A stretch of DNA of 64,000 nucleotides, taken from assembly GCA_964458115.1 (NCBI GenBank), contig CAYWIC010000003.1, positions 1,255-65,254 of the forward strand, read 5' to 3'. A program made the translations under genes and the position numbers. The first letter of the stretch is position 1, and every line of letters begins with the position of its first letter. The DNA is from an uncultured Anaerolineales bacterium. GTDB taxonomy: Bacteria > Chloroflexota > Anaerolineae > Anaerolineales > UBA11858. Below are positions 1 to 7,327 of the stretch, piece after piece. The notes below the pieces were generated by a model. The model saw nothing but the letters and a program-made list of their open reading frames with translations. It was not told the origin of the DNA and did no database searches.

Positions 1-346
1 CATCGTCACTTGTCCCAAGCCAGCCACTATCGCCCTCTGGCACTCCTGGATTGGCGCCGAATGTCGCTCCGCCTTCTTCGGCCCTATCATCCCAGACCTC
101 AGGTGTTCCGACTGCCTCCTGTGGTTCCTCTGGGGATGATTCGTCCGACGGCTCCACGGCTTCAGTTAGTACGCTCTCGACCGCCTCCGCCTGTTCATAA
201 TCTTGAGTCTCTTCTACGCGGGCACCAGGTTCATGAGCTGCTTCTTCGAGGGTACGCTCTTCAGCGCCCTCAGTTGACTCAACCGCCTCGGGGGTTTCCG
301 GGGCTTCTGGGGCTGCTTCCGATTGGGTGTTTTCCAGCTCATCCAT
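1..346 (-). CDS. Polyacidic protein, paralogue 3 of a tandem family (N-terminal part only; gene continues past the left edge)
   Basis: Absent from the ORF track because it has no stop inside the window. Minus-strand ATG 346-344 follows GGAG (ttttGGAGatagaaATG) and the frame stays open to nt 2. My translation MDELENTQSEAAPE...HEPGARVEETQDYEQAEAVESVLTEAVE aligns with the N-termini of the two genes upstream. Confidence 0.7.
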   Translation of the reverse strand, partial: MDELENTQSEAAPEAPETPEAVESTEGAEERTLEEAAHEPGARVEETQDYEQAEAVESVLTEAVEPSDESSPEEPQEAVGTPEVWDDRAEEGGATFGANPGVPEGDSGWLGTSDD

Positions 347-367
347 TTCTATCTCCAAAACTATTAT

Positions 368-1519
368 TTAAAGTACCTCTTGCTCTTCCAGGTTTGCTCC
401 CGGGAGGCTGCCTCCCTTACCAGGATTTTCAGCTACATTGCTACCTGGGCCAGGAGTTTCCGCAGGACGCGGGTAGGGGCTCGGGCCATCATCGGGATCT
501 TCAGATTTTTTCCCAAAACCAGGGTCTGGATTGATCGCAAAGCTACCATCTGGTTCAGGAGTGAGACCAAAAGCATCATCCTGGATTTGAAAAGTGTTCG
601 CTAGCTCAGGTTCTTCAGCAAAATTGCCATCAACGCCAAGACTGAGGCCGGGCTCGGAATTAAGTTCCAGCTCAAGGTTAGGACCTTCGGGATCAGGGGG
701 GTCATTTGTCTCAGCCACATTGCCATCTACCCCAGGGCTGAGACCTCGGGCATCTCCGAGATCTGAGCGTTCAGGCCCAAGGTTTGGCCCCTTGGGATCA
801 GGAGGATCATTTGTCTCTGCCACATTGCCATCAAACCCAGGGCTGAGGCCGGGCTCGGAATTAAGATCCAGGTCTAGGTTAGGGCCTTCAGGGTCAGGGG
901 GGTCATTAGTTTCAGCTACATGATTGGGCCCTGGGCCACTACCGCCAGGTTCGATAGGGAGTTCGACTTCATTGCCATCAACACCAGGGCTGAGATCTTG
1001 GGAATCACCTTGCTCTTCTTTAGCCGGATTGAACACGGGGAGCGGTAATCCCTCAACCTGTTCTCGACCTGATTCGTCCAAAATGGTTTGTTCTTCGAGT
1101 GCTTCTCCTTCTTGAGCTGAATCTACCAAAGTTATGGGCAACTCTTCTGCGCTGGGAGGGGTCTCGTCATAGCCGATTGCATTAGGCGTTTCCGAATCAT
1201 CTTCTAAAGCTGGCTCAGGTATCGGTAACGGCAACACACCCCCGTGCTCTCCACCTTCATCAGCAGGTTGAGGCAAAGGCAGCGGCAGCTCCCCAACGGA
1301 TGCTGCCTGCGCGGCTTCGACTGCTTCAGACAGTGCACTCTCTACGGCCTCAGCTTGCTCAAAGGTTTGCGTCTCTTCAATTACAGCACCGGGTTCGTGA
1401 GTAACATCATCCAGAGATTGTGCTTCTGCAACCTCTTCGACTTCAACAACTTCCGCTGCCTCAGCGGCATCACCAGCATCCAGGTTATCCTCGGGTTGGG
1501 TGATTTCTAATTCGTCCAT
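368..1519 (-). CDS. Polyacidic Asp/Glu/Pro-rich repeat protein, paralogue 2 (383 aa)
   Basis: ORF track gives 368-1558. I trimmed the start to ATG 1519 (GGAGcatttcaATG), giving MDELEITQPED..., which matches the paralogue N-termini. Internal repeats GLSPGVDGNVAETNDPPDPEGPNL; motifs LPLPLPQPA and LPLPIPEPA. No signal peptide or TM segment seen. Confidence 0.8.
   Translation of the reverse strand: MDELEITQPEDNLDAGDAAEAAEVVEVEEVAEAQSLDDVTHEPGAVIEETQTFEQAEAVESALSEAVEAAQAASVGELPLPLPQPADEGGEHGGVLPLPIPEPALEDDSETPNAIGYDETPPSAEELPITLVDSAQEGEALEEQTILDESGREQVEGLPLPVFNPAKEEQGDSQDLSPGVDGNEVELPIEPGGSGPGPNHVAETNDPPDPEGPNLDLDLNSEPGLSPGFDGNVAETNDPPDPKGPNLGPERSDLGDARGLSPGVDGNVAETNDPPDPEGPNLELELNSEPGLSLGVDGNFAEEPELANTFQIQDDAFGLTPEPDGSFAINPDPGFGKKSEDPDDGPSPYPRPAETPGPGSNVAENPGKGGSLPGANLEEQEVL
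620..925. repeat. Imperfect ~100-bp tandem repeats inside paralogue 2 coding sequence
   Basis: ctgaggccgggctcggaattaag...ggtcaggggggtcatt recurs at 642 and 843, with a diverged copy between them. It encodes the GLSPG.DGN.AETNDPPDP.GPNL units. Confidence 0.7.
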
Positions 1520-1534
1520 TGAAATGCTCCTACT

Positions 1535-1629
1535 AGACCCTAAGGGTTTACTTACCAAATATCAGACGCTAGATGTTTTGTTTTGCAGATATTATGTGTT
1601 TATTGGTAATCTTAAAACCCTTAGGGTCT
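1535..1629. repeat. Intergenic inverted-repeat element filling the gap between paralogues 1 and 2
   Basis: Perfect 15-nt arms AGACCCTAAGGGTTT (1535-1549) and AAACCCTTAGGGTCT (1615-1629), plus inner arms TTACCAA (1552-1558) and TTGGTAA (1603-1609). The same GACCCTAAGGGTTT core recurs at 63239-63267. Confidence 0.8.
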
Positions 1630-1634
1630 CACGT

Positions 1635-3626
1635 TTATGACAAATGCTTCTGAGGGATCTTATAGGCCAGGACATAGGCCAAACCGCCAGGGTTGAGATC
1701 CCTCCAAACAGCGTGAACGACCTTCTGCATCAATTGCTGGTGCGCATCGCTGAGCAGTTCCTCGGACACTGTAGCTTTCGCTTCGCTGAAGCGCTTTTCA
1801 ACCTCAGCTGCAAAGAAATCGAAGGCTTCTTGCGTCATTTCACCCAGGGCAGATTGATCATTCTCAGCAACAGCATAACCGGCGACTGCGGAGCGTGCAT
1901 CCGTCAACAGCGTACCGCGATATTCTTCATCATCGATCGCTTTGCTGATGATCTCAACAACAGATCGCTCAGACGTGTCCATATCCGCGAAATCCGGGGC
2001 GGGCTGTAAGTTTTCATGAATGCCGTCATCTTCCATGGCCTCATTGCCGCTTGGGAATTTCTCATCCCATGCCGGTTTAGGGATTGGCACAGGGAGCACA
2101 CCACCTACTTCATCTGCGCTGGCTCCCATATCTTCTTCCTGAGCCGGTTTGGGGATGGGGATCGGCAGTGTTCCCAACTCTTCACTCTCTGAGCTACCCG
2201 CGACACCCTGCTCTGGTGAAGGGATCGGCTCCATGTTGACACCCAGCTCATCGGCACCACCCCTGCCAGAGACCTCGACCTTGACATCATCAGGGGAAAG
2301 TCCCGTTTGGCCGCTCATATCTGGGGGCGGTGGCGGATCATGAGGGTCGCTAGCTACTTGTGCGGGAACAGGTCCGGGAAGATTGATGGGGGTGGCATCT
2401 TTACTGCCCTCGCCATCATCCTCACCGGAGGATTCGCTCAATTCGGAAGGATCCATCATGCCGGGGTCATCGCGGTCAACGGTGTCATCATCTCCAGCAA
2501 GTTCGAACTCCATGCCTTCCGGCACTTCAGCGACACTTGCGGGGCCGGGATCCCCAGGTTTCTCAGCCATTTCCATCGTTTGGTGAGGTTCTTCCAAGAT
2601 GCCGCTTCCCGGGGGCAAATCATCACGGTTGGGGCCGCTGATGAGCTGCATATCGTCGCCTTCTTCCTCGGCGACCGGGCCAGGCAAGTTGATGGGTGTA
2701 GCTTCATCTTTTCCATCGTCGTCGCCATCGGCAAGTTCGAACTCGATGCCCTCGGGGATCTCGGCCTGCTCAACGATGCCGCGATCTTCCAGCTTCTCTG
2801 CCATCTCGACCGACTGGTGCGGTTCTTCTAAGATGCCGGTACCATCAGGCAAATCATCGCGGTTGGGGCCGCTGATCAACTGCATATCGTCGTCTTCTTC
2901 CTCGGCGACAGGGCCGGGCAGATTGATGGGCGTGGCTTCATCTTTTCCATCGTCGTCGCCATCGGCAAGTTCGAACTCGATGCCCTCGGGGATCTCGGCC
3001 TGCTCAACGATGCCGCGATCTTCCAGCTTCTCTGCCATCTCGACCGACTGGTGCGGTTCTTCTAAGATGCCGGTACCATCAGGCAAATCATCGCGGTTGG
3101 GGCCGCTGATCAACTGCATATCGTCGTCTTCTTCCTCGGCGACAGGGCCGGGCAGATTGATGGGCGTGGCTTCATCTTTTCCATCGTCGTCGCCATCGGC
3201 AAGTTCGAACTCGATGCCCTCGGGGATCTCGGCCTGCTCAACGATGCCGCGATCTTCCAGCTTCTCTGCCATCTCGACCGTTTGGTGCGGTTCTTCTAAT
3301 ATGCCGCTGCCCGGGGGCAGATCCTGGGGATCAGGTCCGCTTTCTGGAACGTCTTCTTCACCAGTCTCGGGGGTGGGGATAGGAACAGGCGTACCGCTGG
3401 TCTGTTCAGCCGTTTCAACAGCTTCACTTAAAGCACTTTCGACTGCTTCGGCCTGTTCGAATGTTTGAGTCTCTTCAACACGGGCACCGGGATCGCTGGC
3501 TGCATCTTGCAGTGCTTGCTCCTCGGCTGCATCCTGGACTTCGCCGGTTTCGGTTATCTCGATTGCCTCGGCGGTATCCGCGCTTTCTGGGGTTTCTTCG
3601 GGTTGGGTAATTTCTAGCTCAGTCAT
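1635..3626 (-). CDS. Polyacidic repeat protein, paralogue 1 (663 aa) with C-terminal helical module
   Basis: ATG 3626 preceded by AAGGAG (aaaaaggagtgaccgATG). N-terminus MTELEITQPEE...ETQTFEQAEAVESALSEAVE is shared with the paralogues. Contains 78-aa tandem repeats (ILEEPHQ.VEMAEKLEDRGIVEQAEIPEGIEFELADGDDDGKDEATPINLPGPVAEEE). The non-acidic C-terminal ~125 aa read VVEIISKAIDDEEYRGTLLTDARSAVAGYAVAENDQSALGEMTQEAFDFFAAEVEKRF. Confidence 0.85.
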   Translation of the reverse strand: MTELEITQPEETPESADTAEAIEITETGEVQDAAEEQALQDAASDPGARVEETQTFEQAEAVESALSEAVETAEQTSGTPVPIPTPETGEEDVPESGPDPQDLPPGSGILEEPHQTVEMAEKLEDRGIVEQAEIPEGIEFELADGDDDGKDEATPINLPGPVAEEEDDDMQLISGPNRDDLPDGTGILEEPHQSVEMAEKLEDRGIVEQAEIPEGIEFELADGDDDGKDEATPINLPGPVAEEEDDDMQLISGPNRDDLPDGTGILEEPHQSVEMAEKLEDRGIVEQAEIPEGIEFELADGDDDGKDEATPINLPGPVAEEEGDDMQLISGPNRDDLPPGSGILEEPHQTMEMAEKPGDPGPASVAEVPEGMEFELAGDDDTVDRDDPGMMDPSELSESSGEDDGEGSKDATPINLPGPVPAQVASDPHDPPPPPDMSGQTGLSPDDVKVEVSGRGGADELGVNMEPIPSPEQGVAGSSESEELGTLPIPIPKPAQEEDMGASADEVGGVLPVPIPKPAWDEKFPSGNEAMEDDGIHENLQPAPDFADMDTSERSVVEIISKAIDDEEYRGTLLTDARSAVAGYAVAENDQSALGEMTQEAFDFFAAEVEKRFSEAKATVSEELLSDAHQQLMQKVVHAVWRDLNPGGLAYVLAYKIPQKHLS
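2587..3288. repeat. Three head-to-tail 234-bp (78-codon) tandem repeats within paralogue 1
   Basis: Units start at 2587, 2821 and 3055. Units 2 and 3 are identical by eye except the last few nt (cgaccgactggtgc vs cgaccgtttggtgc). Degenerate partial copies extend to about 2350 and 3340. Confidence 0.9.
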
Positions 3627-3737
3627 CGGTCACTCCTTTTTGACTAACATTAGCTTTCTCACTTATAGTCGCCGATACCGATAAAGAAGTAACAATTCTT
3701 GAAAATTGATATGCGCGGGACCACGCCCTATACAGAT

Positions 3738-4424
3738 CTATTTTTCAGACGTTTTGATGTTTTGGTAATGCTGAATAAGATCCTGATTCATGGCCTGGAA
3801 TTTGCGAATCTGCTCTTCGGGGAATCGATAACGGGATTTTGCTGTGGCCAGAGCAACCAGGCAATAGGACAGGTTTCCAAGATGGTCGGCGCTGATATGC
3901 CATTTGCCTGTCTGGAAAATGTTGAGCAGGTGATTCAGCGTGAAGCGCCAGACAACCTGGACGGGCTGACGCTGTTGGGGAGGGCGGGCGTTATCCACTT
4001 CGAGGAGATTTTGAAGCTCATCGAAGTTCGGCTCGCTGATCAGGGAAAAATACCCGTAGCGACAGGGGGCTTCGCAAATAAGGCAGCCGCGCTTGCGATG
4101 CAGACGGTTGACTTCTTTGGCGCGGCCTGGGAGTTTTGCCAGTTGGCGCATTTGTTCCTGAAAAGCGCGGCATTCATCTGGAGACGAATCAGCTCTCAGG
4201 GCTGCACGTGCCAGCCCAATTACAAGTTCGCTCTCCGGGTCGCGGCTGGCCTGGTGAAACGCGACGATCAGCCGCGATGCAGCCTCCACCGCCAGGGGCC
4301 AGGCTTCCCCAAAATCCCCTTTCACAGAAGGCAGTTCAGCCACCCGTTTGGGCGGGATTAAAGAGAGCAGGTTGAGGTAGATGATGGTCTGTTTAACTTG
4401 TGCGGCGGAGATTTTGTTACTCAT
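3738..4424 (-). CDS. Hypothetical helical protein (228 aa) with Cys cluster CLICEAPC
   Basis: ORF track 3738-4430 starts at GTG. ATG 4424 sits 5 nt after GGAG (tGGAGtgacaATG) and 12 nt after the stop of the upstream ATPase gene. No family recognised. An antisense ORF 3699-4361 exists, but it lacks operon context. Confidence 0.6.
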   Translation of the reverse strand: MSNKISAAQVKQTIIYLNLLSLIPPKRVAELPSVKGDFGEAWPLAVEAASRLIVAFHQASRDPESELVIGLARAALRADSSPDECRAFQEQMRQLAKLPGRAKEVNRLHRKRGCLICEAPCRYGYFSLISEPNFDELQNLLEVDNARPPQQRQPVQVVWRFTLNHLLNIFQTGKWHISADHLGNLSYCLVALATAKSRYRFPEEQIRKFQAMNQDLIQHYQNIKTSEK

Positions 4425-4436
4425 TGTCACTCCAGA

Positions 4437-7229
4437 CTACTGCAATTTCTGCATCGGTGTATAAGCCACTTTGACCCAGGAAGCCATATCATCCTGAATT
4501 CCGCAAACGATGGCCTGTCCAACTTTGAGACGGGCGATGACCTTGGCTTGATCCTCGGTCAGGGCTAGGGCACCTGCCATGGCCTGACGGTCGTCGGCAG
4601 CCACCAAGCGGTGGATGATCTTGAGATTGGTATTCTTGATGGCGTCAGGCACCAGCTTGGCGGGCACCTGGTCGATGATGGCCATACCCTGGCCATAGGC
4701 GCGGATCTCGGCCAGGATGTCGGCGAACATCTCGCCCATTTTGGCCTGAGGATTGGCTGAGTCGGAGCGCTGAGGGGCGGAGCGCAATACGCGGTGGGCC
4801 TCCTCGATGATCGCCAGATGGCGCAGCTCACTGGATTCGGGGGAGCCAAGACTCTCATGTTGGGCCTGGCGGTATTCATACATGAAGTTCAACAACAGTG
4901 CCATGGTGAAGCATTTATCAGCGTCATCGCCGAGATACTGCAAATTGACCACCACCGGGCGGTCGAAGAGATCGGCCCAGGGCGTAGAGAAAGGCTGGTC
5001 GTAGAGCTGGCCTTTCCAGCCGCGCAGCAAGCTGCCGATGCGCGTGCGCAAAGCGGCAGTGATATTGGCCGTAATGCGCTCTTCGTAACCCTTGCCGCGA
5101 ACCAATCCAGAAATGCGGTTGTGGAGCTGTTCCAGGGTGGGTCGGCCGATGCCATCGGGGGGCAATTTTTCTTCCAGCCAGCCCTGGCTGTCATAGAGAT
5201 CGACTAGGGCTTCCTCGAGAATCACGGGCAGGATTTCGTACATGGGGAAGCTGGCATTGAAGATCGATTTCAACCGGTCCAGGTGAGGCATCACCTGGGT
5301 GGTAGCGCCGGGGATCTGGACGATATCGAAGGGATTGAGTTGCAACTGTCCCAGAGGCTGGCCACCCCATTCACTGCGTCCTGGCATATAGACAGCGATC
5401 TCACGGTCAAAGGTTTTCGCCTTGTTGTAGGCCAGCGCCAACTGCACGTACTCGTCCTTGGCTGGCTCGATGACCAGGAAGTTCTTGCCGCTTTCCATCA
5501 ATTCGCTGATGATGCGACGGCAGGTGTTGGATTTGCCGCTGCCGGTGATACCGGTAATAAAGATATGTCGCGTCAGGGAATCGAGATCGACATCGTAGCC
5601 CAATCCTTCGATCTCTTCACCGCCCTCCAAAATATTGCCCAGGCTGAGAAGATTGGCTGGATCTTCCGGCACCGGAGGGTTGAGGCTGAAGAAGGCCGTG
5701 GGCTGCATGGGCATGCCTGGCATTTCACGGAGGGGCAGGTTTGCCAGTAACGAAAGTTCTTCAGTGTTCATAGGGGTGGTCAACCCCTCGAAGGCCCCCC
5801 CAATAGGATGTTGAATAGAAGTGCCTTCTTCAGGAGCAAATAACTTCAGCGGTGGCTGATAGAAGGTATCCAAAGCCACCTGGGCTTGACCATCCCATAC
5901 CGGGGAAAGGTCGTGGACGCGCATGGGCTCGAATGATGTCTTTTCGCCAGAGACCAGGGCTTTGAGCTGCGCCTGGCCTTGAGCAGCGGTCTCGCCCTGG
6001 TCGCTGATCAGGTAGACGCCGACATTCCAGCAGCCCTGAGATTTGGCAGCTTCGAAACGCTCCACGGTTTGAGTGAGCAGTTTCTCGCAGGCCTCAGCAT
6101 GACGATTGAGGTACTCACGTCCAAAGGAGAGTGACTCGCTGGAGGTTGCTCCCTCAGAGCTGGACGTCCCTGAGGAACGCCCAGTAGTCTGCGACTCGCT
6201 TTGTGAAGCTCCCCTAACAGCGGAACTGCTGGTGGAAGGGAGCAGTTGGCCGAACATGCCCAACATGCCGGATAGCAAGAAGGGTCCGCCAGTAGCAACC
6301 AACAAGGCCGATACCGCCCCGAAACCAACGCCTTTGAGTCCCTTGGTCAGGCCACGGGATTTGGCCATTTCTGTACCCAAGACACCCTTGCTGGCACCTT
6401 TGGTCTGACTTTCCGACCTGCCTGTGGTTTGCCCTGAGGATACAGATTCGCTTTCTGTTCGAGAAAGGCTCTCCGAGGTGCCGCTGCTGTGGCTGCGGTT
6501 GAGGGTCGCTTTGGTGAAGGCGTGCACCTGGCCGGAAAGGGTGTGACAAGACGAAATGATCTCCCCGACTTCGCTCTCGGGCATCGGCTCGGCAACGACC
6601 ATATAGAGATAGGGCTTGCCGCGCAGCCCGCGCATAAAGCGGTCTAGGCTCTGAGGGTGGGAGGCCGGTCTCTCGGCTTTCTTGATCGAAGGGATGCCGG
6701 TAAAGGCGCGCGCGTGGCGGTAGGTGCTCAGGGGGACATGCACGCGCTGGGCGATCTGATGGTAATCATCAACCAGCTTGACGCGCGTCCCAGGCCAATT
6801 GGAGCACAGGAACTGCCCTAACTGATCAGCGAACAGGCGCGGCTGGGTGCCGTGCTCCCGTGCGACCACCCCGATATAGATGCGGTTGCGCATCCCATCG
6901 CTGGAGATCATGAAGACCAGGGCAAAGCGCGGGTCGTGACAGGCTGCCAGCGAGGTCTGGATGGCAGTGAAGTACTCGCTCATATCCTCGGTGACCGGCT
7001 TGCCGACCTGCTCTAATTCCAAAATTGCCAGATCAGGCTGCTGTGAGATTTCTTCATCTCCCGAAATGCGCACATAATCATTCTCGAAAATTGGGCCATC
7101 TAAATAATCACGACCCAGCGTGAAGAGCAAGGACTTGGAGAGGGCGTCGCCAGCCTCCATGAGCATTTCAGGTGTCAAGTCTTCCGGGATGGCAGAATCG
7201 GTTTGGAGTATGAGGGATTCATCAGTCAT
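4437..7229 (-). CDS. 930-aa P-loop NTPase: C-terminal HerA/FtsK-superfamily (DUF87/COG0433-like) ATPase with ~470-aa N-terminal extension, Ser/Thr-rich tracts and a hydrophobic hairpin
   Basis: Walker A HIFITGITGSGKSNT (DNA 5552-5529) and Walker B LRHLAIIEEAHRVL. Pre-ATPase motif TEELSLLANLPLREMPG is typical of HerA-like ATPases. aa 245-368 read SHSSGTSESLSRTESESVSSGQTTGRSESQTKG...VGFGAVSALLVATGGPFLLSGMLGMFGQLL...STSSSAVRGASQSESQTTGRSSGTSSSEGATSSES. Confidence 0.85.
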   Translation of the reverse strand: MTDESLILQTDSAIPEDLTPEMLMEAGDALSKSLLFTLGRDYLDGPIFENDYVRISGDEEISQQPDLAILELEQVGKPVTEDMSEYFTAIQTSLAACHDPRFALVFMISSDGMRNRIYIGVVAREHGTQPRLFADQLGQFLCSNWPGTRVKLVDDYHQIAQRVHVPLSTYRHARAFTGIPSIKKAERPASHPQSLDRFMRGLRGKPYLYMVVAEPMPESEVGEIISSCHTLSGQVHAFTKATLNRSHSSGTSESLSRTESESVSSGQTTGRSESQTKGASKGVLGTEMAKSRGLTKGLKGVGFGAVSALLVATGGPFLLSGMLGMFGQLLPSTSSSAVRGASQSESQTTGRSSGTSSSEGATSSESLSFGREYLNRHAEACEKLLTQTVERFEAAKSQGCWNVGVYLISDQGETAAQGQAQLKALVSGEKTSFEPMRVHDLSPVWDGQAQVALDTFYQPPLKLFAPEEGTSIQHPIGGAFEGLTTPMNTEELSLLANLPLREMPGMPMQPTAFFSLNPPVPEDPANLLSLGNILEGGEEIEGLGYDVDLDSLTRHIFITGITGSGKSNTCRRIISELMESGKNFLVIEPAKDEYVQLALAYNKAKTFDREIAVYMPGRSEWGGQPLGQLQLNPFDIVQIPGATTQVMPHLDRLKSIFNASFPMYEILPVILEEALVDLYDSQGWLEEKLPPDGIGRPTLEQLHNRISGLVRGKGYEERITANITAALRTRIGSLLRGWKGQLYDQPFSTPWADLFDRPVVVNLQYLGDDADKCFTMALLLNFMYEYRQAQHESLGSPESSELRHLAIIEEAHRVLRSAPQRSDSANPQAKMGEMFADILAEIRAYGQGMAIIDQVPAKLVPDAIKNTNLKIIHRLVAADDRQAMAGALALTEDQAKVIARLKVGQAIVCGIQDDMASWVKVAYTPMQKLQ

Positions 7230-7327
7230 GGGAAATATCCAATATGGAGTAGGTAAAATGGTATCAGGTGATTAGTTCATGGGGTTCAGGTTTTGTGTAA
7301 CCCTAATGCCCAATACCTGCTACCCAA

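Noticed and set aside
2587-3288. Regular 234-bp repeats as a CRISPR-like or satellite array
   Set aside because: There are no spacers, the units are contiguous, in-frame and coding (78 aa each), and no cas genes are present.
2599-3468. 289-aa plus-strand ORF, together with 10-534, 594-923, 2307-2831 and other ORFs antisense to the polyacidic genes
   Set aside because: These are mirror frames of GA/GC-rich repeats giving Ser/Pro/Gly-rich nonsense. The minus-strand frames have SD+ATG starts, mutually conserved N-termini and operon spacing.
3699-4361. 220-aa plus-strand ORF overlapping the 228-aa minus-strand gene
   Set aside because: Neither has a recognisable family. The minus-strand ORF fits the operon (12 nt after the ATPase stop, GGAG+ATG) and has a more protein-like composition. 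The plus ORF has no context. Some ambiguity remains.
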